Shown: positions 13,494 to 26,683 of the stretch, piece by piece | Numbering within the stretch: position 1 is the stretch's first letter | How the letters are laid out: each line of letters starts with the position of its first letter | Assembly: GCA_951406725.2 (NCBI GenBank) | Contig: OX597830.1 | Location: forward strand, 53,382,001 to 53,446,000 | Direction of reading: 5' to 3' | Length of the DNA stretch: 64,000 nucleotides | Origin: Octopus vulgaris | Lineage: Eukaryota | Translations under genes and position numbers: made by a program | Notes under the pieces: model-generated | The model's input: the letters and a program-made list of their open reading frames with translations, nothing else | Databases searched by the model: none | Told to the model about the DNA's origin: nothing

Positions 13494-14009
13494 TCTATAT
13501 ATATAAAACTGTAGTTGTGTGAGTGTCTGTCTCCTACGATTTAGATTCCTAACTCCTCCCACATTTTGCGGTGCAGTTTAACCAAATTCAGGTATCTTAT
13601 AGTCGTGATTAATATCGAGCCCGTCTGGCTATTAGCGGCGTCTACGATGAGTCTACGATTTAAAAAATAATTTAACATCATTTTTTATTCCATTTTAATG
13701 CATAATTTTTCGTGTGTCGATGGCGGCGGAGTTGGTGTCCACGCTCAAACACCTGCACCTGTGTTTGCTTCTCCCCCTTCTTCCCTCCCTCGTGAAGCTG
13801 TGGGGAAGGGAGTTTAAGGAAATCAACGTCGTAATGCGTTGTCAAGGAGACCAGCGTTCTTTTAGAACAACGACTTCATGGCTTGAAGACACCAAAACAG
13901 AAATGGCTAAGAAAGCCCGAATTGGCATCTATAAAGGAAGTAACTCTCTAAAAATGCTTATATAGTTATTTCCCTTACAAACCCGAGCAACGCCGGGCGA
14001 TACTGCTAG
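13494..14009 (+). mobile_element. Non-autonomous Helitron, copy 1
   Basis: A|TC 5' end; subterminal hairpin CCCG-agcaacgc-CGGG followed by CTAG 3' end. Confidence 0.8.
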
Positions 14010-14396
14010 TCTTTATATATAAAAGTAAGGTTGTGTGTCTGTCTCCTACGATTTAGATTCCTAACTACTCCCACATTTTGCGGTGCAGTTTAACCAAAAC
14101 CGGGTATCTTATAGTCGTGATTCATATCGAGCCCTTCTGGGTGTTAGCGCGCGTCTACGATGAGTCTACGATTTAAAAAAAAATTTCACATCATTTTTTC
14201 CCATTTTAATGCATATTTTCGCTATTATATAAGGGAAGTAACCCTCTAAAAATGTCTACGATGAGTCAACGGTTTTTAAAAAAATTTACCATCATTTTTT
14301 TTCCATTTTTAATGCATTTTTTGGCTATAACTCTCTAAAACTGTTTATATAGTTATTTCCCTTACAAACCCGAGCAACGCCGGGCGATACTGCTAG
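14010..14396 (+). mobile_element. Non-autonomous Helitron, copy 2, head-to-tail with copy 1
   Basis: Starts TC directly after the CTAG of copy 1; shares 5' ~200 bp and 3' ~70 bp; ends hairpin + CTAG|T. Confidence 0.8.
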
Positions 14397-14743
14397 TTGT
14401 CTATAAAGCTTTTCAAAAGCAACAAGCTCACACTGAAAGTATATAATTTCAATATCTTCGCATATTTCAAAAATATTTTGGAATTGTCAATGTGGGTGAC
14501 AAAAGAATTGTTAATTTAGTTAACTGGGGATATAATTTTTATATAAACTACTTATTTTTAATCAATTAAGGGGGCCGATGCAGTTTCGCACCTCTCCTTG
14601 AAAAATGCATTAAAAAAAAAATCCCCCCTACCTTAAAATTTTGAACTTTTTCGGAAATTTTTTTCCCGTTATGTTTTAGATGACGGAGATTCCGAATATG
14701 CAATTAGAACAAGGGACTATCTTTTGAAGTCAGCGTGAAGCAG

Positions 14744-14811
14744 AGGAATTGATGTGTTTGAGACAAAAAGTGTGGTGTGTGTGTGTGAAGTTGTTTCAGC
14801 TCTTAGAGAGT

Positions 14812-14858
<47 letters not shown>

Positions 14859-15375
14859 AATGGTGCTGGTGCGTGTGTGTGACTGAAAAATAACTGAAGT
14901 TTTTTATATTTACTTTTTGTAGTGAGTGATTGACAGAGAAAACGAGAGAGAGGTTATGTATATATGTATGTACGTATGTGTGTGAATGGCTTTAGTGACA
15001 CACACACACACACACAAACGTACGTATATCTATTGCATACATGCTAATGTGCGTGTGAGGAAGAGAGAGGAAGGTATGTTTTTTTGCATGTATGTTTATG
15101 TAACGGTCTGCTATGTTTAACAAGCAAAAACAAAATAACATACTTTCTCTCATTCTCTCTCCTTCCCTCACACGCACATGTATGCAATAAAACCGTATGC
15201 GTGTGTGTCACTGAAGCCATTCATACATACATAACCTCTCACTCTTTCTCTCTGAAAATAACTCACATTCATTCATTACAAAAAAAGTAAATTAAAAAAT
15301 TTCAGTTATCTCTCTCTGTCTTTTCACACACACTAACAAAACAACTTCACATATACACCACACATCAATTCCTCC
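14744..15375. mobile_element. Foldback element related to 26265-27433
   Basis: gaggaattgatgtg..tgaagttgttt..taactgaa..tgaatggctttagtgacac inverted as gtgtcactgaagccattca..ttcagtta..aacaacttca..cacatcaattcctc. Confidence 0.65.
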
Positions 15376-15433
15376 ACTGCCAGTTAAGAAACGCACAAAA
15401 ACCGTTCGATTCACTTCAACATTTAAGTTTAAT

Positions 15434-15482
15434 TTGTCAAAATATTTTCGTCGCTTTGAGACCGTGACCTGTTCACTGGCAA
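15434..15482 (-). ncRNA. Second copy of the G3-C8 hammerhead motif on the opposite strand
   Basis: Reverse complement of 15502-15550 with one mismatch in stem I and one in stem II. Confidence 0.55.
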
Positions 15483-15501
15483 AACTCCGTGCTGCATCTT
15501 T

Positions 15502-15550
15502 TTGTCAGTGAACAGGTCGCGGTCTCAAAGCGACGAAAATATTTTGACAA
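15502..15550 (+). ncRNA. Minimal type I hammerhead ribozyme motif, G3-C8 core variant
   Basis: Stem I TTGTCA/TGACAA; core GTGAACA plus one extra G; stem II GTCGC/GCGAC; GAA; palindromic stem III AATATT; predicted cleavage after T15544. Confidence 0.65.
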
Positions 15551-16471
15551 ATTAAATTTAAATGTTGAAGTGAATCTAACGGTTTTTGTGTGTTTCTTTA
15601 AATGGCTTACAAACACCTTCCACGCTGCAATTGTTTTCGTTCCAGCACACGATCTCAGATCAGGTCACTCGCTATGCAAGTACATCTCCGTATATATATA
15701 TATATATTCTGTGCGTATAAATATATACAAATATATGGATATATATTTATATATATCACCTGATCACGTGACCGACCAGACCATCAGATGTTTTACACAT
15801 CGCTACTCACAATGCGCTTCGCATTGTTTTAGCCTTCGAATGACGTCACTCCGTTGGCTAAGCGAGCAGGCCAACAGAAGAAAGAGAGAGAGAGAAAGAG
15901 TGGTGAAAGAGTATAGCAGGGATCACCACTCCCTGCCGGAGCCTCGTGGAGCTTTTAGGTGTTTTCGCTCAATAAACACTCACAACGCCCGGTCTGGGGA
16001 TTGAAACCGCGAGTCCGCTGGCCATTGCGCCTCCACATATATATATATGGTTATGTATATCTATTTATCCCTTTACTCCTGCGTGACAACTAGAGTTGGT
16101 TTATTTGCATCCACGCAACATTGAGGCTCGGCGAAAGAGACCGTCAGAATAAGTACGAGCCTAAAAAAATATGTACTAGGGTCGTTTTGTTCAACTAAAA
16201 CCATTGAAGGGAGTGCTCCAGCATGGCCACAGTCTCATGACTGAAACAAATAAAACATAAAAGATAAATAATATGCGGGGTCGGATACACCCCGCTACTG
16301 CACTAATAGTGTTCCATTGAAATGGTTGGTGAAGTAAGTAACAAGACCGTTCAAGGCACGTTTCGACGTGTCGTTTTAAAAATTTTTTTCAATCATTACA
16401 CGTAAAGCAGAGTTTTTGAATACTATGTTATCGAGTATTACTCTGTATGGGATAGTAAGAGTATATTTAGT

Positions 16472-16840
16472 GGAGGTGCAATGGCCCAGTGGTTAGGGCA
16501 GCGGACTCGCGGTTTCGATTCCCAGACCGGGCGTTGTGAGTGTTTATTGAGCGAAAACATCTAAAAAGCTCCACGAAGCTCCGGCAGGGGATGGTGGTGA
16601 TCTCTGCTGTACTCTTTCATCACAACTTTCTCTCACTCTTACTTCCTGTTTCTGTTGTACCTGTATTTCAAAGGGCCGGCCTTGTCACTCTCTGTGTCAC
16701 GCTGAATATCCCCGAGAACTACGTTAAGGGTACACGTGTCTGTGGAGTGCTCAGCCACTTACACGTTAATTTCACGACCAGTCTGTTCCGTTGATCGGAT
16801 CAACCGGAACCCTCGTCGTCGTAACCGACGGAGTGCTTCC
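16472..16840 (+). mobile_element. tRNA-derived SINE family A (other copies 4279-4567 +, 15757-16035 -, 17750-18027 -)
   Basis: A box TGGCCCAGTGG, B box GTTTCGATTCC, conserved body gcgttgtgagtgtttattgagcgaaaac. Confidence 0.85.
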
Positions 16841-18809
16841 ATCCAAGAGTATATTTATCCCATACTCTGTATGAGATAAACACTGAATTTGTTTCCTCAT
16901 AACTTTCAGAAAAATAGATACTTTTTAATGTTGGATGGTGTTGATTATGATTATATAAGAATTTAATGTAAAAAGATACTTTTTTTAAACTGGTAGATGC
17001 GCATATATAGACAGGCACGTATAACGTAATTTTTTTTCAAAATTTCAAGTTTCATTTCATGTTTCAACAGGTGTGTGCATCCCTATCAATTTTTTTCTGC
17101 CTTAAATTCCCATATAATCGTAATCTACACCATATTAATGATATTTGTAGAAAATTTCATTAATATGTACCTTTTTTTTTAAAGTTATGGGGAAACAAAG
17201 TCGAGGGGGGGGGGGCATATATAGTAGATACGGTTAACATGCCTGTTTACCGCAATAAATCTAAAATAAAAATACGAGGTGGACTTTCGGAATAACTGTC
17301 ACGAATAAAATGGATATTCTTTTAGAGGCGGGAGCGATATTTTTAGTCCTTTTATAATATCCCACATTCTAAAGAATGTAATTCGCAATTAAAATACCTT
17401 TTATTCCGAAAGTCCGCCGAATACGGAATGGTGACAGCTGCAACACCTTATATCTAGGTTTGCCGGATCAGACGGTATACCTATAGGCACTTCGAACTAC
17501 CCTTTAGAATTGAGTAGGAAATTATCAAGTGTGCCAGGAACCTTTATTTCTTCGGATCTGTATGTTTTAATCATCGTAACGTTACAAATCTGAAAAGAAA
17601 AAGTAAAAATCATGGCTTTTAACGTGCTAGATAATTTCTGATAATAGGAATGCCCAAACTGATTTACCTTATTGCTAAACAACCTGATTAAGCTGGCCAA
17701 TTAAATCGGAGTTATTTGAGTACTGTATATCATTTAATAAAGAATAAGCTGTTGATGCTACACATCGCTGGTCACAATGCGCTTCGCATTGTTTTAAGCC
17801 TTCAAATGACGCCATCCCGCGGGCTAAGCGAGCAGGCCAACAGAAGGAGTGACAGAAAGTTGTGGCGAAAGAGTACAGCAGGGATCGCCACCACCCCCTG
17901 CCGGAGCCTCGTGGAACTTTAGGTGTTTTCGCTCAATAAACACTCACAACGCCCGGTCTGGGAACCGAAACCGCGATCCTCCGACCGCGAGTCCGCTGCC
18001 CTAACCACTGGGCCATTGAGCCTCCACGTTGATAAAATATATACCAAAAAATATGCTTAATTGTCAATGCAATTAACCTTTTCAATATCATACTAATTTA
18101 TGACCTTCTGTCAATCTTGAAATCAATATAGATTAGTAAACATTAATTCATAACGGATGAATTATTAATAATAACCGTATATTTCGCAACTAGTGAATTC
18201 GTTCTGGTCAAGAATCGAAGCCGGATTTGTTCGCGTTTTAATTTTGTTTAAGGTAATGGTAATCGTGACTTTATATAACAAAGGAGAAACTCATATTGTT
18301 TTTTGTTTAATGAGAAGTGGTTCCCTCTTTATACCCAAGAGCACCTCACACTTGTGTTTATGTGAAATGTACAAGATTAAGGTTATCGCCGAAAAAGATC
18401 AATTGTTCCTCTAGAACAACGTTAAAAATACACTACGTAAAAGATTAAGTGCATCTGAATGTAACTTTTGTCTATTTCAAAATATATTTTCTACCTTTGT
18501 TAAAACACAGAGGTATTTTCAGAACGTCGAGTGAATATATGGACGTAATTATTTTATAGTGCGTGAAATAATATTTTAAAGCAAAAACATTTCTACACGT
18601 GTTTTTCATTTCTGTACGAATCTCCCGAAATTTAAACATCATCTGCTAACTAAATTCTCCACAAGGTTGTTAAACTAAATATAAGATAATAATAACAATA
18701 ATAATAATAAATACTCATTAGATTTTTCTCCCGGAACAATTTTATCTTTTGACAGATAAGAAAACATTTGGTACGGACGAGGAAAGAAGCAGGTAAAACA
18801 CTGACTTAC

Positions 18810-19000
18810 CGCAAATAAGCGAAGGTTATTATGTCACACTCCGTTTATAAGTTTCCTATTTATTTCCCTTGAAACATGGTAACCTTACCGTCTGACCATG
18901 TGCGTACTTGGAGCTCCAGGGTCACGGAGTGAAACTGACATTCACCTTAGCAATCAACACGGTGTGTCGGGCGAGAGAAAAAGACTACTAGAGTGATGTC
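18810..19000 (-). promoter_or_regulatory. Candidate non-coding first exon / promoter region of the SLC22 gene
   Basis: Non-repetitive, relatively CpG-rich island with minus-strand donors G|gtaagt (18810/18809) and G|gtaagg (~18889). The ATG exon starts at an acceptor, so an upstream exon should exist. Assignment is inference. Confidence 0.3.
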
Positions 19001-20429
19001 CCTTGTGTCATTAATTGACATCTTTTAAATAAAACGAGTTGACGAAACTGAATTTTGGAATGCGAATTTATTAAAAAGTCACAGTTTTTTTAGTTGTTTT
19101 TTTTCTTCTTCTCTGTTCAATAAACAGGTAACAACTATGTTCGCTCTATATTTGGTTATACAAGCAAATTACGTAATAAAGGAATATTTGACCTAATACA
19201 CAATACACAAAGACAAAAGGAACATTTATTTCACTGAAGTATTTTGTATAACTTTTTTTGCTTTTTCTCGTATCCGCCTCATTAATGTCTATATTTAGCC
19301 GCAAGCTACTCTTTGTAATGCCTCTATGGCAAATTTCTATGAAATAAAGTAGCTCATTCTGCAGTAGTATTTCCATTATTATTATTCGTTCTGAGTTCAA
19401 ATTCTGCCGAGGTCGACTTTGTCTTTCATCCTTTCGGGGTCTATGAAATAAGTACCAGTTACGCACTGGGGTCGATGGAATCGACTAACTCCATCATTTC
19501 AGGCCTTGTGCCTACAGCAGAAAGCACTTGTTATTCTTATTCGATATAAATGTTGCTCTAGTACTGTAAGTTTATTTACTGTCAATCTTTCGACAATCAA
19601 AACAATAATAATAGTGGGGGGGGGTAGATGTGAGTAACGTCGACGATATGAAGAAAGTGAGATAGAAACGCAAAGCAGCGTTGCTGTTGACAAAACACGT
19701 GAATGACATGAAAAACAACATCGAGGATAAATATAAAATAAAAGCAAAAATGTTCAACAAAAGCAACACAAACAACGCCAGGTCTTTCGATAAAAATTTA
19801 GAGCAACGATGAGCAGAACTTACTCTTGACAATAATTTCAGGAAAAAGAAAATACAAATACTGCCTGATTAAACAATACCACCAGTCAAGAAGAAAATGA
19901 TTAGCGAAAGAAACCTAATCTTTAAATGCATCAACAAAAAGACAAAAAATTATAAACAATCCGACCCCAGCATAGGTTGAGAAATGCTTGAAAGATTTTT
20001 TTTTCGATGTTACTATTATTCTTATTGTTATTAAATAAGTACCAGTTATGCACTGGGGCCAATGTAATCAACTTAATCCCCTCCCCCAAGCTGCCCTTGT
20101 AGAAGAAATTTGAACTCATTATTATTATTATTGTTGTTGTTGTTAGTGTTCAGGTCACTATGCCTACGGGCATATGGCGTAGTGGTTAAGAGCACGGGCT
20201 ACTAACCCCAAGATTCCGAGTTCGATTCTATGCTTGAAAGATGTTTGGGGTTCAATATTGCATGTGAGGAGAGGAATAGAGTTTGGTACAGGAGTAGCTC
20301 AGTCATATGGAAGAGAGGTTTAAGAAAATAGCCATAAATACATACTCTTCAAAAAAGTATTAATACCTACCTACCTGGGAACATATATAAACTAACATCT
20401 TCTAACGTGTTTCTCAAATTAAGCATCTA

Positions 20430-23320
20430 ATATTTTACCATGATATTGGGTGAATATGGTGACATATTTACCATTAGATCCCCCCAGCTAGAAACTGATC
20501 AACAGTGGAAATACTGTTCAGAGCAGAAAATTTCCAAAGAATCCATGATATTTACACAGAGAGAAGGGGAACCCATAACAGTGGTGGTAGAATGCAGAAA
20601 AGACAGGAACACCACCCATCAACAAATTTCCTGCTTTCAGGCAATATAAATGAAAAAGAGCCTCTCTCCACCTGATGCCAACCAACATCACACCCACATC
20701 AACACCTACTGCAACAAGAACGACAGTAAACTAATACATTGCCAAGACTGCACAGCAGAGTTTGCTACCAACGCTCTTAGAAGAGCTAGCTTCTCTCAAA
20801 TGACCTACTCCCCAAACCAACACTGACATCAGCACCAATACCAACAACATTTTAAGTGACATCATCATCATCATCATTTAACATCTGCTTTCCATGCTAG
20901 CATGGGTTGGACGATTTGACTGAGGTCTGGCAAACCAGACTCCAATCTGATCTGGCAGAGTTTCTACAGCTGGATGCCCTTCCTAACGCCAACCACTCTG
21001 AGAGTGTAGTGGGTGCTTTTACATGCCACCAGCACAAGGGCCAGTTTGGTGGTACTGGCAACGGCCATGCCCAAATGGTGCTTTTTATGTGCCACCTGCA
21101 CAGGAATCAGTCCAGTGGCACTTGCGACGACCTTGCTCAAATGTTTCACGTGCCACCAGCACAAGTGCTAGTAAGGCGACGCGGTAACGATCACACTCGA
21201 ATGGTGTGCTTAACGTGCCATCGGCACGAAGGCCAGCTTGTGTCTCTGGCAGCAATCTCACTCGTATGGTACTCTTAGCGCTCCACTAGCAACGGATGCC
21301 AGTCACCGAGTTTGATTTCGACTTTGACATGACCACATGTTTTGGCCAGACTTCACCATCTCCCTCTCATTCAACGAGATAGAGAAATAAGAGTGGACTG
21401 AAACATGATAAAGAGAAAATGACGAAAGAGGCAAGACAAAGAAGAGAAAAGAGCAAAGCCTTGTTACAAAAAATAAGAAACAGAAGGAATCCCATTTGAA
21501 ACCTTCCAAATCAACAAACTCTCAACACAAATATCAAAACAGTATGAAATACCACAATAACAATACCAAAAATCAACCCAATTGCAGCCAAACTCACAAC
21601 CACTACTACCCACAACAACAAGAAAACACTCAAACACAGCAACAACCACAGCTGAAACACCAATAGTAACAGCTAAATGAGTCAAATTTTCTAGAAACAA
21701 ATGCCATCAACTTCCTTGTTATATGACACTGAGTTTACAGAATGTTTATCAACATACATAAAAGATAAAATAGTGACAAAAGGGAAGACATTTGGGGAAT
21801 TTATCCTCAAAACTCCCAAAGACAAATTGTTGGTGAAGATGTGCAAAACTCTTCTTGACAATTTCCCATCAAGTTTGGGAATTTTCATGAAAATAATGCC
21901 AAAACAGTTATGGGTCATTCAAGAAACATTTGCTCAAGGAGAGAACTGGAAAACCTTGGCTTCTTGAAGACCAAGTTGAATGATTTCTCCCCCCGCCTTT
22001 TTTTTCTCCAACAAACATGGCTGTACTCACAGTGGATATGAAAATGTGTGTGACCTGGGATCAGCTTGGAAGGGAGGCCACGTGCTCAATGGCCTCAGGT
22101 CTTGACATAGATATTGTAGCCATCAGTGAGACCAGAATCTCTGTAGCACATGCATTCCTTTCCATTTTCTATGACTATGAAATATTTTCATCTTGTTTGG
22201 TGAGGGCTAGGAGGTCGGGTAGCAGTGTTATTCTGGAAATCTTGAGATCTCAAAATGTGGGTAATCTTCTTGGACTAGATGGTAATTTGGTTGTCCTGGA
22301 CATGAGAGACAGTGAAGATGGTTCATTTAGGCAAATGGTCATTTATACCCTCACAGGAGCTAAAAGGCTAGCTTTCTTTGACCTCCTGAAAAAAAGCATT
22401 CCTAAGAACATCCCAATCACTATTGCTAGTTAGGGATTGGAAATGTATTTTGGATGCATATAGCAAAGGGAGTGCAAAAGCATCAAAAACCAGCAGCTAC
22501 TAACAGTTTAACAGGTACTGACTGAATTTTCTTGATATGTCAGTTTGGACATGAAGCAACAGTAGATGTCAACTAAATTGTCTAGATAGATTTTTTTTTT
22601 ATGGCAGCGGATAGAAATAGAATTGGATGTCTACAGTTCAAGCTGGTCAGCTACACAGAAAACAAATTTCTTATCTTTTCAGTCAATAGATATAGGACCC
22701 ATAGACAGGAGACTAGTTACTGGCAGCTGTATACACCCTTACTGGCATGCAAATACCACATGGATCAAATTAGCTAAGCAGTAGTTCACAGAAGCAATCA
22801 TCAGCAACTGGAATGAGTTGTCCTAAAGAGGACAATTAGAACAGAATCAATAGCATTTTCCAAAGAGCTAGTAATAGAGAGAAGTAGATTAGAGAGAAAA
22901 TTAGTTAGCAATCTAGATGAGGCAACTATGTAAAGGCACAATGACCGATGTGCTAGCAGTGAGAATGGTCCTTGACCAATTTCTTCAAAGTAAAACATGA
23001 AGGCTGCTATGTTAAAGCTAAGGCCTGTGTGCTCAAACATGAAGGAGCATTAGCAGTCCAATGGACTTGAATGGTTGAGGTGTGACATGGCAACAAAACC
23101 ACAATCCAGTCTTTGATGGATTGGGATAGGTATGGACTACCCAGTTACAAGCAAATGTATGCGGCTTTACAGAGTACAACTGTTTGGGGCAGGTGATGGG
23201 ATAGCAACAGTAGCAGACTTTAATTCCTACCTCAACAACCTGCTGTGGTTCTTGACAAGATTAGAGGTTCTGCAAAAAGCTGATCAAGACTATTGAAATA
23301 TGGGAAGCAATGAGTGGTTG
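20430..23320 (+). mobile_element. Decayed L1/Tx1-type LINE (ORF1 remnant and APE endonuclease region), interrupted by a repeat at ~20860-21330
   Basis: 22017-22433 reads DIVAISETR...GNLVVLD...GSFRQMVIY (APE-like), followed by a YTENKFL and a YWQL segment resembling the SDH and YWKLN motifs; many stops and frameshifts. Confidence 0.65.
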
Positions 23321-26264
23321 CACAGGGAGACTCTGGACATTAATGTAAACAAACTAGCTTGTCTGTTCTGAAGGACATTTTGGATTGGGGACTACCATGG
23401 ATAATTTCCAGACATCCTTGGTTTGGCAACGCTACCAAGGGGTGCAGCTGGTTTGATACAAACTCTACAGACATAGAAGTGCCATCAGAAAGGTTTGTCT
23501 GAGATGCACACAGAGCAATGAAACCATTCTGCAGACACTTTAGTTTTAGGCATTTCTGATTCATGGAGTTATGTTGACCAGCTGTTGTCACATGAGGGAC
23601 AGATCACGCAGTCGTCAAGTCTATAGTGATGATTGCTCTACCACCCTCCTTTAACTGGGTACAGAAAGTAGTTTTCTTCTGCTTGGTGGCTATAGTGAGA
23701 GACGTTGTGTGGTGGAAGACAGTGGAAAATGCAAGGACAGAGACAGTTCTGTTTGGTACAGCCCTCATTGAATTATTGAAAGGTGGGTGAAAGTGGTAAA
23801 AACTGGCAAGAATGAATGACACAATTCTAAATATAGACCTGTAAGTTGGAGAGGGGTACTTGCCTTTGGTGCTCAGGATCTTGGATGATGGAGTTTCTTG
23901 ATTGGCCTTAGAAGTTCTCCTTTATCAGGAGGACTGCATCATTATCATACATTTTTTAAATATTGTATACCATTTATACATCATTTCATTTCTTTTTATC
24001 AATATTGCATACAATATATACTTTTATTTCACTGTTTTTGGCATAATCAGTGCTTAGTGACATTTCATCTATCTTTACATTCTGAGTTGAGTTCAAATTC
24101 TGCCAAGGTTGACTTTGCCTTTCATCCTTTCTGAAGTCAATAAAATCAGTACCTGTTCAACACTGGGGTCAATGTAATCAACTTACCCTCTGCTCCCAAA
24201 ATTCCTATCCTTGTGCCAAAATTCAAACCAATATTGTGTACCATCCATACTTACATTATATATATTTTTTTCATCGTTATATGTGTTGTGGCAGACGCCC
24301 CCAGATGAAAAGTGGGCTGATCTACTACTAATAAATAGTGGACTAACTCATTAAGTAGTGTCAGTCAGTGAGGTATGCTGTTTAGGTCAGATATGCAGAC
24401 ACTGAAATACATCATCATAATGCAGGACATATCAGTGGTGACAAGGATTTGGAGTTCACACAGTGAAAAAAATGTTAAAAATCCTGGAGTGGGATTTGAA
24501 CTTCACACAGTGAAAAATATATATGAAAAGAAAAAGATTCTGAAGAAAAAATGTCAGAGAAAACTGGAACTCTAACACAGATTTGTACTTCACTCAGTGA
24601 AAAGTAATATACACACAGTGAAAAATATATTAAAAAAAGATTTTGAAGAAGAAAAAAATATATATATATAATTCTGTGTGGAGCAAACAATAATAATAAT
24701 AAGGCCATGCAAAGGATTTAAGTCAGGTCACTATGTGTTAAGAGCGCTACTGGTAAACAATGTAGATGGTACTACCTGCAGCATTTTCAAAAAAATATAT
24801 GGTTCTCTATGGAACAAAAAATAATAATAAGTTCGTTCAAAGGATTTTAGCCAGGTCGCTATATGTTAATAGCGCTACCTGTAAACAATGTAGATTGGTA
24901 TTATCTGCGGCATTTTGTTAAAAAAATACAATTCTGTGTGGAACAAAAAAAATCTAAATAAGAAGGGAAAAATAATTCTGGTTAGAAGAAAAAAAAAAAA
25001 ATAGTGTTGTGTCGAAAGAAGAGAAAAAAGAGGCAGGTGTTGTGGTGGATGCCCCCAGGTGAGAAGTGGGCTGATCCACTGCTAATAAATAGAGGACAGA
25101 CTCAGGAAAGGAAAAAAGTGGCACTTAAAAAGCACCATTCAAGTGTGGTCAATGCCAGTGCTGCCTGACTATTCCCTATGCTGGTGGCACATACAAAGCA
25201 CCTGGAGTGGTGGTGTTAGGAAGGGCATCCAGCTGTTGAAAAATTGCCAGATCAGATTGGAGCCTGGTGCAGCTGCCTGGTTTATCAGTACTCAGTCAAA
25301 CCATCCAACCCATGCTAACATGGAAAGCAAGCATTAAATGACGGCAACGATGGTATTCAAAGACCACAAAACAAACACCCAGAAAATCATCTCACAAGAA
25401 AGTTTGTATAGCATTTATTTTGAGACATGCTCATCAAATCCCTCTGAAATCCAACCTTATTGTTTGAGAACAGGAAAAGACAGGTAGTTGAAATGGAATA
25501 GTATTATCAAAAAGTAGGAAAGCAGAAACTTTGTGATTGTATCAAAGAAAAATTTTTAAATAAATTCATTTAATGTCAAAGTTTTTCTTTTCTTTTTTTT
25601 TCCTTTTTCAGTCTGCGCCCTAAATGTCCCTCTAGAAAAGAGAGAGGTACAGGATGAGAGTTACACATGGAGAGAGAGACAAAAATGGATAAAAGGAATG
25701 GAGTTCTGATGGTAATGGTAAATCATTGGCATAAAACAGTTTGTGGTGAATCTTTTGATCAGTGAATCCTCAAATAAAACTCCACTGGTTGCATACATTA
25801 GATGCATCTTTCCTGTTGCTCCAGCTCAGTCAGCTGAAATGAGTACCAGCCAAAGGCTCATGTACCCTCTCTCCTTCCCGCAGTTAAATTCTCAATGTTC
25901 TGCTTGCTAAAGAGCAGGAGAACCAAGAACTACACATGCACCTAAAATATTTAATTAAAGCAAAGTAAATATTACCAAATTATCTTCATTTCTGAGCATC
26001 AGCCATAGTTATTACTCAAGTAATTGTCTTTCAAAACAGGACAGAAAAAAAAGGAAAAGTAAAAGAAATGAAATAGAGTCAGATAATTTTTTTCTGAGGG
26101 AGACGAGTAATTTTGCATCTGCCTAATATCATTTTCCTGGTATCTACATACTGATTCCTCTAAAAGACAAAATGGTGATCTTTCGATATGAGCGCAATGT
26201 ATATATCATTTGTTAACGCACGTGTATTTGCTTATGTTTCTGAAGAAGATCGTCACTTTCCGTA

Positions 26265-26642
26265 AATTTTTATTTATTTTTTTAATATATGTGAGGTAGG
26301 GGGAAGGGGGGTCTTTTGAAGTCTGCGTTAAAGCGAAAGTGACTGAGAAAGCGCGATTGGATCAGGGAAGTTTTTTTGAAACTGGCATTCCGTGTCTGTG
26401 TGTGTGTTGATGGAGTGTGCGAGACAGAGAGTGTGATGTGTATGTGAAGTACTTTTGTTAGTGTGTGTGAAAAGACAGAGAGAGCAATGGTGCTGGTATG
26501 TGTGTATGAGAGAGAAAGAGATATAACTGAACATTTTTTTATTCACTTTTTGTAGTGAGCGAATGTGTGAGTGATTGACAGTGAATAAGAGAGCTAGGGT
26601 ATGTATGTATGAATGGCTTCAGTGACACACACACACATATAG

Positions 26643-26683
<41 letters not shown>

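Larger units (their letters stand above)
15379..15690. mobile_element. Penelope-like retroelement terminus: inverted pseudo-LTR pair with hammerhead motifs
   Basis: ~105 bp inverted arms (15379-15484 / 15500-15606) with a short spacer; the right arm extends to a (TA)n tract at 15690. PLE identity inferred from architecture; no RT or GIY-YIG sequence seen. Confidence 0.6.

Noticed and set aside
20168-20230. tRNA-like sequence with A and B boxes
   Set aside because: No 3' acceptor stem; truncated after the B box. Best read as a SINE head, not a tRNA gene.
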